From: Octopus sinensis
Lineage: Eukaryota
DNA: 64,000 nucleotides
Assembly (NCBI RefSeq): GCF_006345805.1
Contig: NC_043013.1
Span: 11,532,001 to 11,596,000, forward strand
Direction of reading: 5' to 3'
Position 1 is the stretch's first letter; each line of letters opens with the position of its first letter. The notes under the pieces are model-generated. The model searched no databases. It was not told the origin of the DNA and was given only the letters and a program-made list of their open reading frames with translations. Shown piece by piece: positions 51,600 to 63,840 of the stretch. The translations under genes were made by a program, and so were the position numbers.

Positions 51600-52019
51600 A
51601 GGTAGTCATATTACACCCCTGGTATATATATATATATATATATATATATTCCCTTCGAACTCAGGAGGATGAACGGCAAATTTAATCTCGAAGCTAGCTC
51701 TTACCCGGGCAGAATGGATCTCAAGTCATTTGGGTGAAGTCAGTGTTGATTAAAGCAATCTTATCGACCGTAAGAAGTAAATAAAAAAAAAAGAAGGTTG
51801 AAATATACTTCGGTGAAATTAGAACTACAGATGTAGAGCTGCAATGCATTTTGCTGGGCAAACTAAATTCTAATTTCTAAAACTCTGATCGTCCATCGAC
51901 CTTCATTCCATCATGATTTACTATTTTCCAAATGGAAGCATGGTTATTCTGCTATTGTTTTTGTTATTACTTTTGTTACTGTTCTAACTTCTGTTATTGT
52001 ACATAAGTTGTTGCTATAG

Positions 52020-52298
<279 letters not shown>

Positions 52299-52299
52299 T

Positions 52300-52720
52300 G
52301 AAGAATCTACTCTAACTACAAAGAATGCGTGTGGCAACCTGAAGATCCACCCACCACACGCGAAAGATTGGCGGTTGCACGGGCGCGAAAGCTACGTTGT
52401 TATCCTCATTCGGTAAACGGTGGCTTTTAACAGGTGGAGAGCTGAACCATCCTGGGGCACAGAGGATTCGCAATCTAGACTAGGATCTGAAGGTTTACCA
52501 CATCATAGTGGGTTACATCATGGTTCCTCTGCTTTGTGGCAGAAGTAGGAAGAAAGAGTGAGAGAAAGTTGTGGTGAAAGAGTACAGCGGGTTTCACCAC
52601 ACCTCCCCAGAGCTAAGGTGTTTTTGCTTAATAAACACTCACAATGCCCGATCTGGGAATCAAAACCACGTTTTTACGACCGCGAGTCCGCTGCCCTGAC
52701 CACTAGGCCATTACGCCTCC
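52300..52720 (-). mobile_element. SINE family C, tail type 5
   Basis: Head and body at 52545-52720; distinct distal segment at 52300-52545 running into (AAC)n in SINE sense. Confidence 0.7.
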
Positions 52721-52769
52721 ACTATAGCTGTTGTTGTCGTCGAGTACCTGAGTACCAAAGCTATGTTAT

Positions 52770-52972
52770 ATATTTCTTTACTACCCACAAGGAGCTAAAC
52801 ATAGAGGGCACAAACAAGGACAAAGGGATTAAGTCGATTACATCAACTCCAGTGCGAAATTGGTACTTTATTTTATCGATCCCGAAAGGATGAAAGGCAA
52901 AGTCGACCTCGGCGGAATTTGAACTCAGAACGTAACGACAGACGAAATACCAATTTCTTTATTGCCCACAGC
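52770..52972 (-). mobile_element. Headless SINE family B unit preceded by a short piece of a previous tail
   Basis: Minus strand GTGGGCAATAAAGAAATT|GGTATTTCGTC...GTGGGTAGTAAAGAAATA. Confidence 0.88.
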
Positions 52973-53329
52973 TAGGCATTACGCCTGGCGTGTTAATGAT
53001 TCTACCAGCTCTCTGCCTTTACCAAAGCTATTTTATAAACGAGAGATGGTCGATGCTCGTTTTAATCATCTTCTAGCAGTAAGAGACATTTCATGAAGAC
53101 AAGTCTTGTCTATATTATAGGAACAAAGACAGAGATGAAGCTTCTATGCAGTCATTTGGCATTAATAATAGCAACAAAATTTCTGCAAATCTCTTATTAT
53201 TGTTTAAAGCAAAAATGAACGGACACGTTATATGATATAGTCTTAGTTGCAGTAGTTATAGCTGGAACATCTTTTTACCATAAGACATCTGGGTCAGGTT
53301 TTGACTTACTGCTAAAGGAAAATACTATC

Positions 53330-53752
53330 GCTATATGATGGATAAATTATACTTTCCCCATCATGTATAATATTCGTTTCAAATTTTGCTACAAGGACAA
53401 GTATTCCGGGGGATGCGGAATATCGAGTACATCAACCATCAATGATCAACTAGTACATGTTTTATCGACCCAGAGAAGGACAGAGTTTGAAATAAGAATG
53501 TAAAGACAGACGAAATACCTATTTGTTTACTACCCACATGTGGCTAAACACAGAGAGGACAAACAAGGACAGACAAACGGATTAAGTCGATTATATCGCC
53601 CCAAGTGCGTAACTGGTACTTATTTAATCGACCCCAAAAGGATGAAAGTCAAAGTCGACCTCGGCGGAATTTGAACTCAGAACGCAGCGGCGGACGAAAC
53701 TCCGCAAAGAATTTCGCCCGGCGTGCTAACAATTCTGCCAGCTCACCGCCTT
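53330..53752 (-). mobile_element. SINE family B dimer (monomer plus degraded headless unit with tail 2)
   Basis: Full copy at 53520-53752; junction GTAGTAAACAAATA|GGTATTTCGTC. Confidence 0.8.
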
Positions 53753-54153
53753 CATCATGAGTAATATTAGAAAATATGGCATTCCTACAATATTATAATT
53801 TAATTTTTATCAAATTTCTTGGTGCTTGTACAAAATGATGAAATGTATTCTAATTTTCAAAAGAAGAATATTTATTACCTCAAAATATAATTAAATGAAT
53901 CAATATTCAAACGTTAAGAAATAAAGTAAAAAGGAAAACTTCACGTTGATTTTGTATTATGGAAGTTCACAGCCATATACATTCAACTTCTCTCACACTT
54001 TCTCTTTATCTATCTATCTTCTATCTATTTCTATGTATCATCTATCTATATCTAGCTATCTATCTATCTATCTCTATCTATCTATCTATCTATCTATCAT
54101 CTACATATGTAATATATATATATATATATATAATATATATTATATATATAAGA

Positions 54154-54184
<31 letters not shown>

Positions 54185-54208
54185 TAGATAGATAGATAGA
54201 TAGATAGG

Positions 54209-54241
<33 letters not shown>

Positions 54242-54274
54242 ATGTGTATATAAACATATATATATAATTTTACA

Positions 54275-54515
54275 TTTTTACTCTTTTATTTGTTTCAGTG
54301 ATTTGATTGCAGCCGTGCTGGAGCACCGACTTTGGTGGAACAAATGGACCCCAGAACTTACTCTTTGTAAGTCTAGTACTTATTCTATCGATCTCTTTTT
54401 GCTGAACCGCTAGGGTTACGGGGGACGTAAATCCACCAGCATCGGTTGTCAAGTGAAGCAGAGGAGGAAGACTAACACAGACACACAAACATATATACAC
54501 ACACACATATGTATA
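54275..54515 (-). mobile_element. SINE family A, 3' half
   Basis: Tail to internal microsatellite; the 5' half is replaced by a mariner-like end. Confidence 0.85.
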
Positions 54516-54517
54516 TA

Positions 54518-54625
54518 CGAGGGTGAGTCAAAATGTAATGCCATTTTGTTTAAACCAGGTATAATTACCAACACAGGAACATGTATCGTACGTTAAAATG
54601 AAGCTGGTCCTCTGATGGATTCGGA
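54518..54625 (+). mobile_element. Mariner-like left terminus (truncated)
   Basis: TA followed by CGAGGGTGAGTCAAAATGTAATGCC, a mariner-type TIR start; no partner TIR found. Confidence 0.5.
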
Positions 54626-54952
54626 TGAAACTTTCAGGGACGTTAGCCCTCGTGACTGGTACGAACTTGTTAGATTTGGGAATCGATCAGATAAGGATTC
54701 TGAATTCTTTTCCCTCTTTATTTGCTTAATTTTTGAGAACGATCATGATCACTTTTAGTATTTTCGTTTGTGAGAGCAGTCGAGTTTATTTCAGATATTC
54801 CCATATTAAAAATCATCTCTTCCTAATCGTTGAAATGACGTTGCTGTTGCCTTGGTAAAGGTTTCCGCCCCCTTAGTGCTTTTGTTATATTTTCTTATTA
54901 CGACAGTGAATGAAAAAAATAATAATTTTGAGACGATACACGCAGGTGTATA

Positions 54953-54999
<47 letters not shown>

Positions 55000-55058
55000 A
55001 ACAACAACAACAACAACAACAACACAACAACTACTACTACTACTACTACTACCACTAT

Positions 55059-55104
<46 letters not shown>

Positions 55105-55228
55105 ACTACAACTACTATCACTGCTGCTGCTGCTACTACTACTACTACTACTAACTACTACTACTACACTACTACTACTACTGGTACTGCTGCTGCTACC
55201 GCCGCTAATGAAGATGGTGATGATGATA

Positions 55229-55260
<32 letters not shown>

Positions 55261-55263
<3 letters not shown>

Positions 55264-55640
55264 CATTTGACAAGATCAGTAAATATAAAGACTTGCTAAT
55301 AGAAATTGAAAAAGTGTGGCATCTCAAGGCGATTACAGTACCAGTGATTGTAGGATCTCTAGGAATGATAAAAAAGGTACTGAATCCTATTTGAAAATGG
55401 TACCAGACTTACCATCCCTACATGAAGTGCAAAAAATCGTGTTAACTGGAACGGCTCATGTACTGAGAAGAGCATTATCGCTGTGAAAACAACATCCATT
55501 CATGAATTTATTTATTTATTTATTAAATACATATTTTACTTGTGAATTTGCGTGTGTAATCTGGGGATGCATGCCATGAGCTTCTCTGCCCCGGGCGTAC
55601 GGAAGACACTCGGCGAGAAGTGGAAGAAAATTTGAAGAAA
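55261..55640 (+). mobile_element. Dong-type LINE 3' end inserted after (TAA)n
   Basis: SKYKDLLIEIEKVWHLKAITVPVIVGSLGMIKK...EVQKIVLTGTAHVLRRALSL*, homologous to the 26200-26408 C-terminus. Confidence 0.85.
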
Positions 55641-55784
55641 GAAGAAAGAAAGAAAGAAAGAAAGAAGAAGAAGAAGAAGAAGAAGAAGAAGAAGAACAAG
55701 AACAAGAACAAGAACAAGAACAAGAACAAGAACAAGAACAACAACAACAACAACAGCAACAACGACAAGAGCAGCAACAACAGT

Positions 55785-56155
55785 GGAGGCGCAATGGCCA
55801 ATCGGTTAGGGCAGCGGACTCGCGGTCGGAGGATCGCGGTTTCGATTCCCAAACCGGGCGTTGTGTGTGTTTATTGAGCGAAAATACCTAAAGCTCCACG
55901 AGGCTCCGACAGGAGTTGGTGGCGACCCCTGTTGTACTCTTTCGCTCCAACTTTCTCTCACTCTTTCTTCCTGTTTCTTGTCCCCGACTTCCTACGCAAC
56001 CGCTGAGCCTGGATGCGCATTCATCCATCCACCGATGCTTTCAGTGTCGGGGGTTGACCTGCTTTCTCTTCTGCGGGTCTTACGAATAGCAAAGGACCAC
56101 GTTTCGGACTTCTCCCATCTTGCAAGCTCTGGGACGAAGACCGTTCGCTCAACAG
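55785..56155 (+). mobile_element. SINE family C, tail type 4
   Basis: GGAGGCGCAATGGCCAATCGGTTAGGGCAGCGGACTCGCGG...; distinct distal domain ending in (CAA/CAG)n. Confidence 0.85.
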
Positions 56156-56524
56156 CAACAGCAGCAACAACAACGGTAATAATAATAACTGATCCAGAGG
56201 AACTACAAGAGAAACACCAATAATATCACTAGAATGGTTCACTGAGAACCGTGAAATAAGTTTTGGTTAGATAAATCGAGAAATTTCTACGAACATAAGC
56301 TGCAGGTTGTAGTAGAAAAGGACAGAGGAAAGATACTTTGGAACTTTAAAATCCATCGTAATTATGAAAGAGAACATCGGAAAACCGATGGAAAGATAAG
56401 CGTAAAAATGAAAATAAGGCCCATCTAGAAAACAGCTTTATGTGACAGCGCAAGAAGTCTCCGCAAAGTCTTCGTAAGTTGAACTGAACAAGCTAGTCTA
56501 ATTGATGTGAACAGTTACTATATT

Positions 56525-56736
56525 AATACTTTCTACTAAAGGAACAAGGCCTGGAATTTTGGGTGACAGTTCTAGTTGATTACATCGACCCCTGTTTATA
56601 CTTATTTTATCGACCCGGAAAGGATGAAAGGCAAAATCGATCCCGGCGGAATTTGAACTGAGAACATAAAAATGGACAAAATGCTGCTATGTATTTTGCC
56701 CGGCGTGCTAACAATAACTACTAGCTCGTCGCCTTA
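56525..56736 (-). mobile_element. SINE family B (tail type 2)
   Basis: TTTATCGACCCGGAAAGGATGAAAGGC...GCCCGGCGTGCTAAC...GCTCGTCGCCTTA. Confidence 0.85.
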
Positions 56737-56814
56737 AGCTAGTATGGTAATGAAATCTCTATCGGCAAGCTCAATTCGTGAGATATTACAATAAAAAAAA
56801 ATAATAATTAATAA

Positions 56815-57056
56815 GCCCTTTTAAAGTCTAGCCGGCTCATGGCCCCGGTTTCCCGGTTTAAATGGCGTATGTGTTCCCTAGCTGGACGGGATGCTAGTCC
56901 ATCGCAGCGTTACTCATTTTTGCCCGCTGAGTGGACTGGAGCAACGTAAAATGAAGTGTTTTGCTCAAGAACACAACGTGTCGCCCGGTTTAGGAATCGA
57001 AACCACAATCTTACGATCATGATTCTGAAACCCTAAACACTAAGCCACGCGCCTCC
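56815..57056 (-). mobile_element. SINE family D (OR-type head, TTCTTGAGCAAAACACTT core)
   Basis: Head reverse complement CTAAGCCACGCGCCTCC; tail GGGAAACCGGGGCCATGAGCCGGCTAG resembles tail 2 of 43090-43130. Confidence 0.8.
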
Positions 57057-57420
57057 ACAGTTATTACAATGATGATACAAACATAATAATTGCTTTTGCT
57101 GTTGTTGTTATTACTTTCGTCAACGCGGTGACTGGCAGAATCGTTAGCACGGAGGACAAAACGCTTAGCTCGTGTTATTGATCTTTATATTTTGGGTTCA
57201 AATTCTGCCGACTTTGCCTTTTATTCTTTCGGAGATGATAAATAAGTCTCTGTCATGTAGTGGAGTGGATGTAATTGACTAGCTACTTCTCCGAAAATGT
57301 AAAGCCTCGTGTCTATGACAGAAAATACTATTATTTTAGTTGATGTTTAACTTTTCAACGATATTTCGTTTTTGGATTTGGTTTGCAAGATTCTTTATAT
57401 GAGTTCGTGTGTTGAAGCAT

Positions 57421-57641
57421 ATTCTGTTGTGTCTGGGGAGAGTCATTTTCTTTTTGTGTCTGATAATGTAACATACTCACCGGTAAAATTTCCACTCTTT
57501 TCTCATTTTTATTTTCCTTAAATTTTCTTTGCGTCTTGCAACTTTTTCAATAGTTTTGACTCTTGGTTTTGAATTTTACCGGTGAGTGTGTAACATTATA
57601 AGGCACAAAAAGAAAATGACTCTCCCCAGACACAACAGAAT
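57421..57641. repeat. 70-bp inverted repeat with 81-bp spacer
   Basis: 57421-57490 versus 57572-57641, 66/70 identity by manual alignment. Confidence 0.9.
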
Positions 57642-57774
57642 TTGCGAAGATAGTTGTGGAAATAGAAAGACAGTGAACGGTACCACAAAAGGTATTGCTC
57701 TAACGGTAGAAGTACTGGAATACATACTGACGCAACTGCCACAAACCCTGAACAACTTAATATTCTTATATTCT

Positions 57775-57963
57775 TTTAAACTTTTCCTTGTTTCAGTCAT
57801 GTGGCTGCGACCATGCTGGAGCACCAACTTCAGGGTGTTATTTAGACGAACAAATCGACACCAGCGGTGATGGGAGAAAACACAGGCACAAAGACATAAA
57901 CATATGTGGATAAATACATATACATGTTCATACATGCATACACATATACATACATACATACAT

Positions 57964-58056
<93 letters not shown>

Positions 58057-58135
58057 CGAAAGGCTTCTTTCAGTTTCCGTCTAGCAAATCCACTCACAAG
58101 GCTTTGGTCGGTTCGAGGCTGTAGAAAGCACTCGC
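57775..58135 (-). mobile_element. SINE family A
   Basis: Tail TTGTTTCAGTCATGTGGCTGCGACCATGCTGGAGCACC through CACTCACAAGGCTTTGGTCGG. Confidence 0.8.
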
Positions 58136-58878
58136 CCAACGAGTGACGTACACAACCCAAATTATTGGCATCGTCAAAATATGTAAATTACGAAAGATCA
58201 TACATATGGATATGCCACATATTCCACATAGATTACTCTCCATATAAATGCAGCCATACTCTTGCTTTTTTGGGGTCCCATGGACGTCAGTGTTTTCAAT
58301 TACCTGTCATCCCATCCGTTAGCATAATCGAATGCAAAACCCTGTCCCTCGTCTCTGACCGAGACTTAGGTGCAACTCGTTAAATCAAAGTAAAACAAAA
58401 CCGAAACTTATAATGATGATGATGATGATGACGTTAAGAGACGAAAGAAAGATTTAGTCAAGAATATCTCAGATGAACCAAATTAATCATGGAGAGTAGA
58501 CTCAATGGAAAGCACAAAATCATGTCAATGAATACATGTGTTGTTCCCTAATTGCGATACGTCACAGATGTCGTTAGGAATACAAAAAAGAATGAGCTTG
58601 AGGGAATGTACAGCAAAACAGGAAAGTTGTGAGAGTGGACAAGAAACTGCACCGTAAATGCGATATCGATAGAATGTAAGTGCCTAGACTCAAGGACGGT
58701 ACGGGCCTCATAGAATGCAAGATCTGTGATGCCAGGGAAGAAAACATTCTGGGTTGATACATTAAACAGTAGCTTCAGCCCTTCTTTGTCGCTGTTAGAA
58801 TTAGCAACATAATACATACAGAAAATAATGACACTCCACAAACCATTTAAGAAACAAAGATTAAAATTTCAGTATCTC

Positions 58879-58986
58879 ATACTAGCTACAGCGGTACATA
58901 TTCTAAAATTGGAACGATACAGAGAAGATTTTAGCATGGCCCCTGCACAAGGATGACACGCAAATTCGTGAAGCGTTCCATATTTT
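58879..58986 (+). pseudogene. U6: Full-length U6 snRNA retrocopy
   Basis: CATATTCTAAAATTGGAACGATACAGAGAAGATT(TT)AGCATGGCCCCTGCACAAGGATGACACGCAAATTCGTGAAGCGTTCCATATTTT matches canonical metazoan U6; ACAGAGA box at 58919-58925; 2-nt insertion and damaged 5' stem. Confidence 0.95.
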
Positions 58987-58988
58987 CT

Positions 58989-59036
58989 AAATGGCGGTGC
59001 CCCAGCATGGCCACAGCTCATGAGCTGAAACTAGAA
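58989..59036 (+). mobile_element. CR1 3'-terminal stem-loop fused to U6
   Basis: AAATGGCGGTGCCCCAGCATGGCCACAGCTCATGAGCTGAAACTAGA matches the CR1 end at 32657-32697. Confidence 0.88.
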
Positions 59037-59145
59037 TCAATCATACGATTTACTCTTGTTATTGTTGTGTTGTGCTGAGACCGAAATGAACTGAATGAGC
59101 AGGTTTTATTTTTAAATCTAAGACAGACTTTCATTCCGACTATAG

Positions 59146-59689
59146 CAGTGGTTCCCAAACCATGAGTCGCGACCCGCAGATGGGTCGCGAACGGAATCTT
59201 AGTGGGTCGCAAAAATGTTATAAAATTACGCATTAGCTTTGATTAACTGCTGTCTATCGAGATAGTTCAAGAGTTATGTTTTGAAACATACCAGACACCC
59301 GAAAATTGGTACAATTCTGGGCGTCTCTTCAAACCTCGTACCCAATCGTTTGCACGCAAAGCATTAGAAGTATTTCTCCCTTTCACGTCATCTTACATTT
59401 GTGAAGCTGGATTTTCATCATTGGTTGGGATTAAAAAGCAAATAATCGAAATAATCTGCAGCTCTCAAATTCTTTAAGCCTGAAACTATCACGCATTGAA
59501 CCTGATGTTAATTCTATTATTGAGCGTAGCAAGAAACAGGCTAATCCTTCTCACAGGCCTCACTGAAGATGTAATCTGAAATAAATTTGTTAATTTCATT
59601 AATGTTTTCACTCAGTAGAGTTAAGTGGGTCGTCATAAACTGGTGTGATGAATAGTGGGTCGCGACTCTGAAAAGTTTGGGAACCACTG
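59146..59689 (+). mobile_element. hAT (Charlie/Buster-like) deletion derivative, 544 bp
   Basis: TIRs CAGTGGTTCCCAAAC / GTTTGGGAACCACTG; TSD GACTATAG / ATCTATAG; subterminal GGGTCGCG repeats; dimerisation-domain remnant LPFTSSYICEAGFSSLVGIKSK. Confidence 0.9.
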
Positions 59690-60329
59690 ATCTATAGCAT
59701 TCAGTTTTTTGAGAAGAGAGTAGTCTTGAACTACAGTATACAGTGCTTCGTTTCTTTATCTTGTATCATAGGGGTAATTAGGAGATTAGACTACTATTTC
59801 TAGCATATGAAGCGATCTCCAAAAATTGTTTAGTTTATGGTTAAGATTACATACAAAGTGATGGATCTTATGGCGACAATAATACAGTGTATGTCGGGTA
59901 GGTGACTAGGTGTCCGGGTGTCTGTAAACGAAGATGTTGCTATAGAGGGTACAGGGAAAAGTTAAAAGAGTAATGGCGTGTGGGTATTATTTATATTTTA
60001 TTCATTTTGTTTCATTATTTTCTTTTTATTTCATATATTTTGAATTTATATTTTTAGCTGTCTTATTTTCGTTATATTTTATTTCGTTAATCGTTTGTCC
60101 TTTTACTTTCAGAATATGACAACGAGATCACCAATGATAACAACAACAACAACAACAACAACCACATGGACAATAATAAAGCTGACGCCAAAACAACAAC
60201 AACAACAACAACAACAAGAATATATGCAAAAATATAATATTTAAAAAAAATCATGATTACGCTGAATAATTATTTCAATGATGATGATTACAACGAAAAC
60301 GATGAATACAACGTTCATGTTGTCTATGA

Positions 60330-60790
60330 AGTAGTTGATGATGATGATGATGAAGATGATGATGATGATGATGATAATGACGACGACAAAAACGATGATG
60401 ACGATGATGATAGTGAAGATGAAGATGGGTGTTAGAATGGTGGTGGTGGTGGGGGTAAAGATGTTGAGGATAATGATTATGATGATGGTGATAATAGTGA
60501 TGATGATGATGATGATGATGAATATGGTAATGATGATGATAAGGATGATGATGATGATGATGATGATGGTGATGATGAATATGGTGACGATGATGATGAT
60601 GACGACGACGATGAAGATGATGATGATGATGAAGACGACGACGATGATGATGATGATGATGAGGATGATGATGGTGATGATGAAGATGATGATGATGATG
60701 AAGACGACGACGATGTTGATGATGATGATGATATGATAATGATGAGTATGATGATGATGGTGATGGTGGTGGTGTGTGGGTGGTGATGAT
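60330..60790. repeat. (GAT)n-based cryptic trinucleotide array
   Basis: Visible. Confidence 0.93.
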
Positions 60791-60961
60791 CGTGATGACT
60801 GATAAAAATAAAGATACATATATATATATATATATAATATATATATATATTATATAATATATATATACACATACATATTGATATCATAATAACAGCAAAA
60901 ACTTCCAAAATACAACATATTTTGTGAGACGGGTATGAAGTTTTCTTTTGTTCATATATAC

Positions 60962-61004
<43 letters not shown>

Positions 61005-61114
61005 CGTGTGGATGTGTAGCTGTGTGTATATACATAAATATATATACATATATGCATATATGTATACATATGCGTGTTGTTACGTGTGCTGTGTATGTGT
61101 GTGCATGTGCGTTT

Positions 61115-61154
<40 letters not shown>

Positions 61155-61260
61155 AGACATCGATTCAGTTTTTTTTAAACTTTATATTTAGTTTTCCTTA
61201 ATCTTATTCTTTCTTATTCTTATAATTTTCATTTATAATAATAATAATAATAACAATAAC

Positions 61261-61309
<49 letters not shown>

Positions 61310-61802
61310 GCAACAACAATAACGCTGAAATAATAACAATAACAACAACAGCGTCAACAACGAAAACAACAACGTCAACAAAAACGACAACAACAACAAC
61401 GACAACAATTTTTATCGATCAATTCAATCGTCTTCTATTGCTTGCCAATGAGTTGATGTCTAGTTTTAATGAATTTTACTAGTCGAGGATAAGAGCCGGA
61501 TCAATAAACGCCCTTATTTTTTTGTGTTTTTTGTCAATACATCAAAGACATCAGCATTGTGGTCTATCTACTGCTGGCTCCTTCCTCCAACACTGCACAC
61601 ACACATACACACACACACACACATACACACACACAAGTTAACGCACCCGCGTGCTTACACACGTTCACAAACACATACACACGTACGTACACACACGCCC
61701 GCAATGAAGCACGCATGCATAGACACCCTTATGTACATACACAACCTTACACACATATACACACATGAGTACAAATATATGACACAGACATGTATGTATT
61801 TA

Positions 61803-61840
<38 letters not shown>

Positions 61841-62606
61841 GAGTGTGTGTGTGTGTGTGTATAGAAGAAACTCGATCTTATTGATATTATACATAAACAC
61901 ACAAATATATATATAGAAACACACACACACACGTATACATTTATGAATTCACATTCATGCGTCTGCAAATGTGTATATATACACACTCACTCGCACATCC
62001 AAACGCACATGCTGTTTTAGTTAAATTACTCACCAAATGATACACACACACACACACATATATATATACATATATAAATATATACATATATAAATATATT
62101 CATATATACGTACATGCACACGCTCCTTAGCACATAGACAACCATACATGAGGACAATCACACACACGTTCACACGTTCACACCCATTTGAGTGCATCAC
62201 CCATAGATATACATATAGACACATACGCATTTATATATATGCATATATTTTCAAATGCACACATACACACACATCTATATACATACACTTTAAAACTTAG
62301 AATTTACCACATATTCACATACACAAGGATATAAAGTAGTCACCATGCTGGAAGGTCTACGCAAACACACGCTCGCACAGTGGAGGACAGAAATATACAG
62401 AGTAATCAATAGACGTATATACGCACAAACACACGCATATTAGCTCGTATATATACACATAGACACAAACACATACATGCAAACAAAATTTTAAATAACG
62501 TAGTCAACTATATAGTCAGACTCTACATATATATACATACGTAAATATATATATATATATATATATTTGTGCGTGTGTATGCATATATATATATATACAT
62601 ATATAC

Positions 62607-62637
<31 letters not shown>

Positions 62638-62980
62638 TGCATGTATGTATATTTATATGCATGTAATATATAGACATACATATATACATAACCACCTGCA
62701 AACAAAAAAAGCAAATTATAGAAAACACAGCACACATGCACGAAGACGATGCCAACACGAATATCCAGAATTCACAATGATGTATATGTATATATGTGTA
62801 TATATATATATATATATATAATATATATGTATGTATATGTTCATATATATCCAAATATATTTATATATATATACGTATATATATATAGACACACATACAT
62901 GCATATAAGCATACATTTATATATAGGTATGCTTATATGTATATATGTATATATGTATGCTTGTATGCTTATATATATAG

Positions 62981-63013
<33 letters not shown>

Positions 63014-63632
63014 TATATATTACATATATATACATGCATATGCATATATATGTATATATGAACTTATACATATACATATAAACAGATATGAACATAGAGA
63101 CACTGTATAATCAATGAGAACACCGCACATTCACAGAAGTACTCAGACACGCACATATATAGACTCCCACGCATTCACTCTCTTCTGTCTCACACATACA
63201 TAATTTCATCGAAACACGAAATGAAATAGCTTATTGAACGATATAGTAATGCTCTACACATGCAGACACATACTGGCACACATACTCACACGCACACAGA
63301 CATCCACAAAATATCTTAGTCACACACATATACACAGATACGCGAACATACGTAGACAACAGCTACGCATGCAAAAGCCTACACGCATATACGTACATAT
63401 GCTCAGATAAAGCTTAAGACGATGAACAGCCTATACCAAAATGCATACACCTACGCACAGATGCGTAGAGATATATAGATACCACACACAATGACACAAT
63501 AAAGTTTCACATATTTTTGTACACAATCTCACACACACTTAGAAATATGAAAAAATTAGAGTCAATGTCCTCGGAAAAGCACTATGCATATACACATGCG
63601 TAGGGAGACGACAATAAAAACCTAGACTTTAT

Positions 63633-63663
<31 letters not shown>

Positions 63664-63763
63664 GAATCATTTATCTATATGCATATACATATATATATAT
63701 ATAGATACATTTATCTATATACATATACACACACATATATCATATATATATATATGTAAATAC

Positions 63764-63800
<37 letters not shown>

Positions 63801-63840
63801 TATATATATATATATATATAATATATATATAAAGTTAATC

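Noticed and set aside
58879-58986. Functional U6 gene
   Set aside because: 2-nt insertion next to the catalytic AGC, disrupted 5' stem, no recognisable upstream promoter, and fused to a LINE tail; treated as a retrocopy.
60241-61049. Long poly-I/M/S ORFs
   Set aside because: Artefacts of the (GAT)n array.
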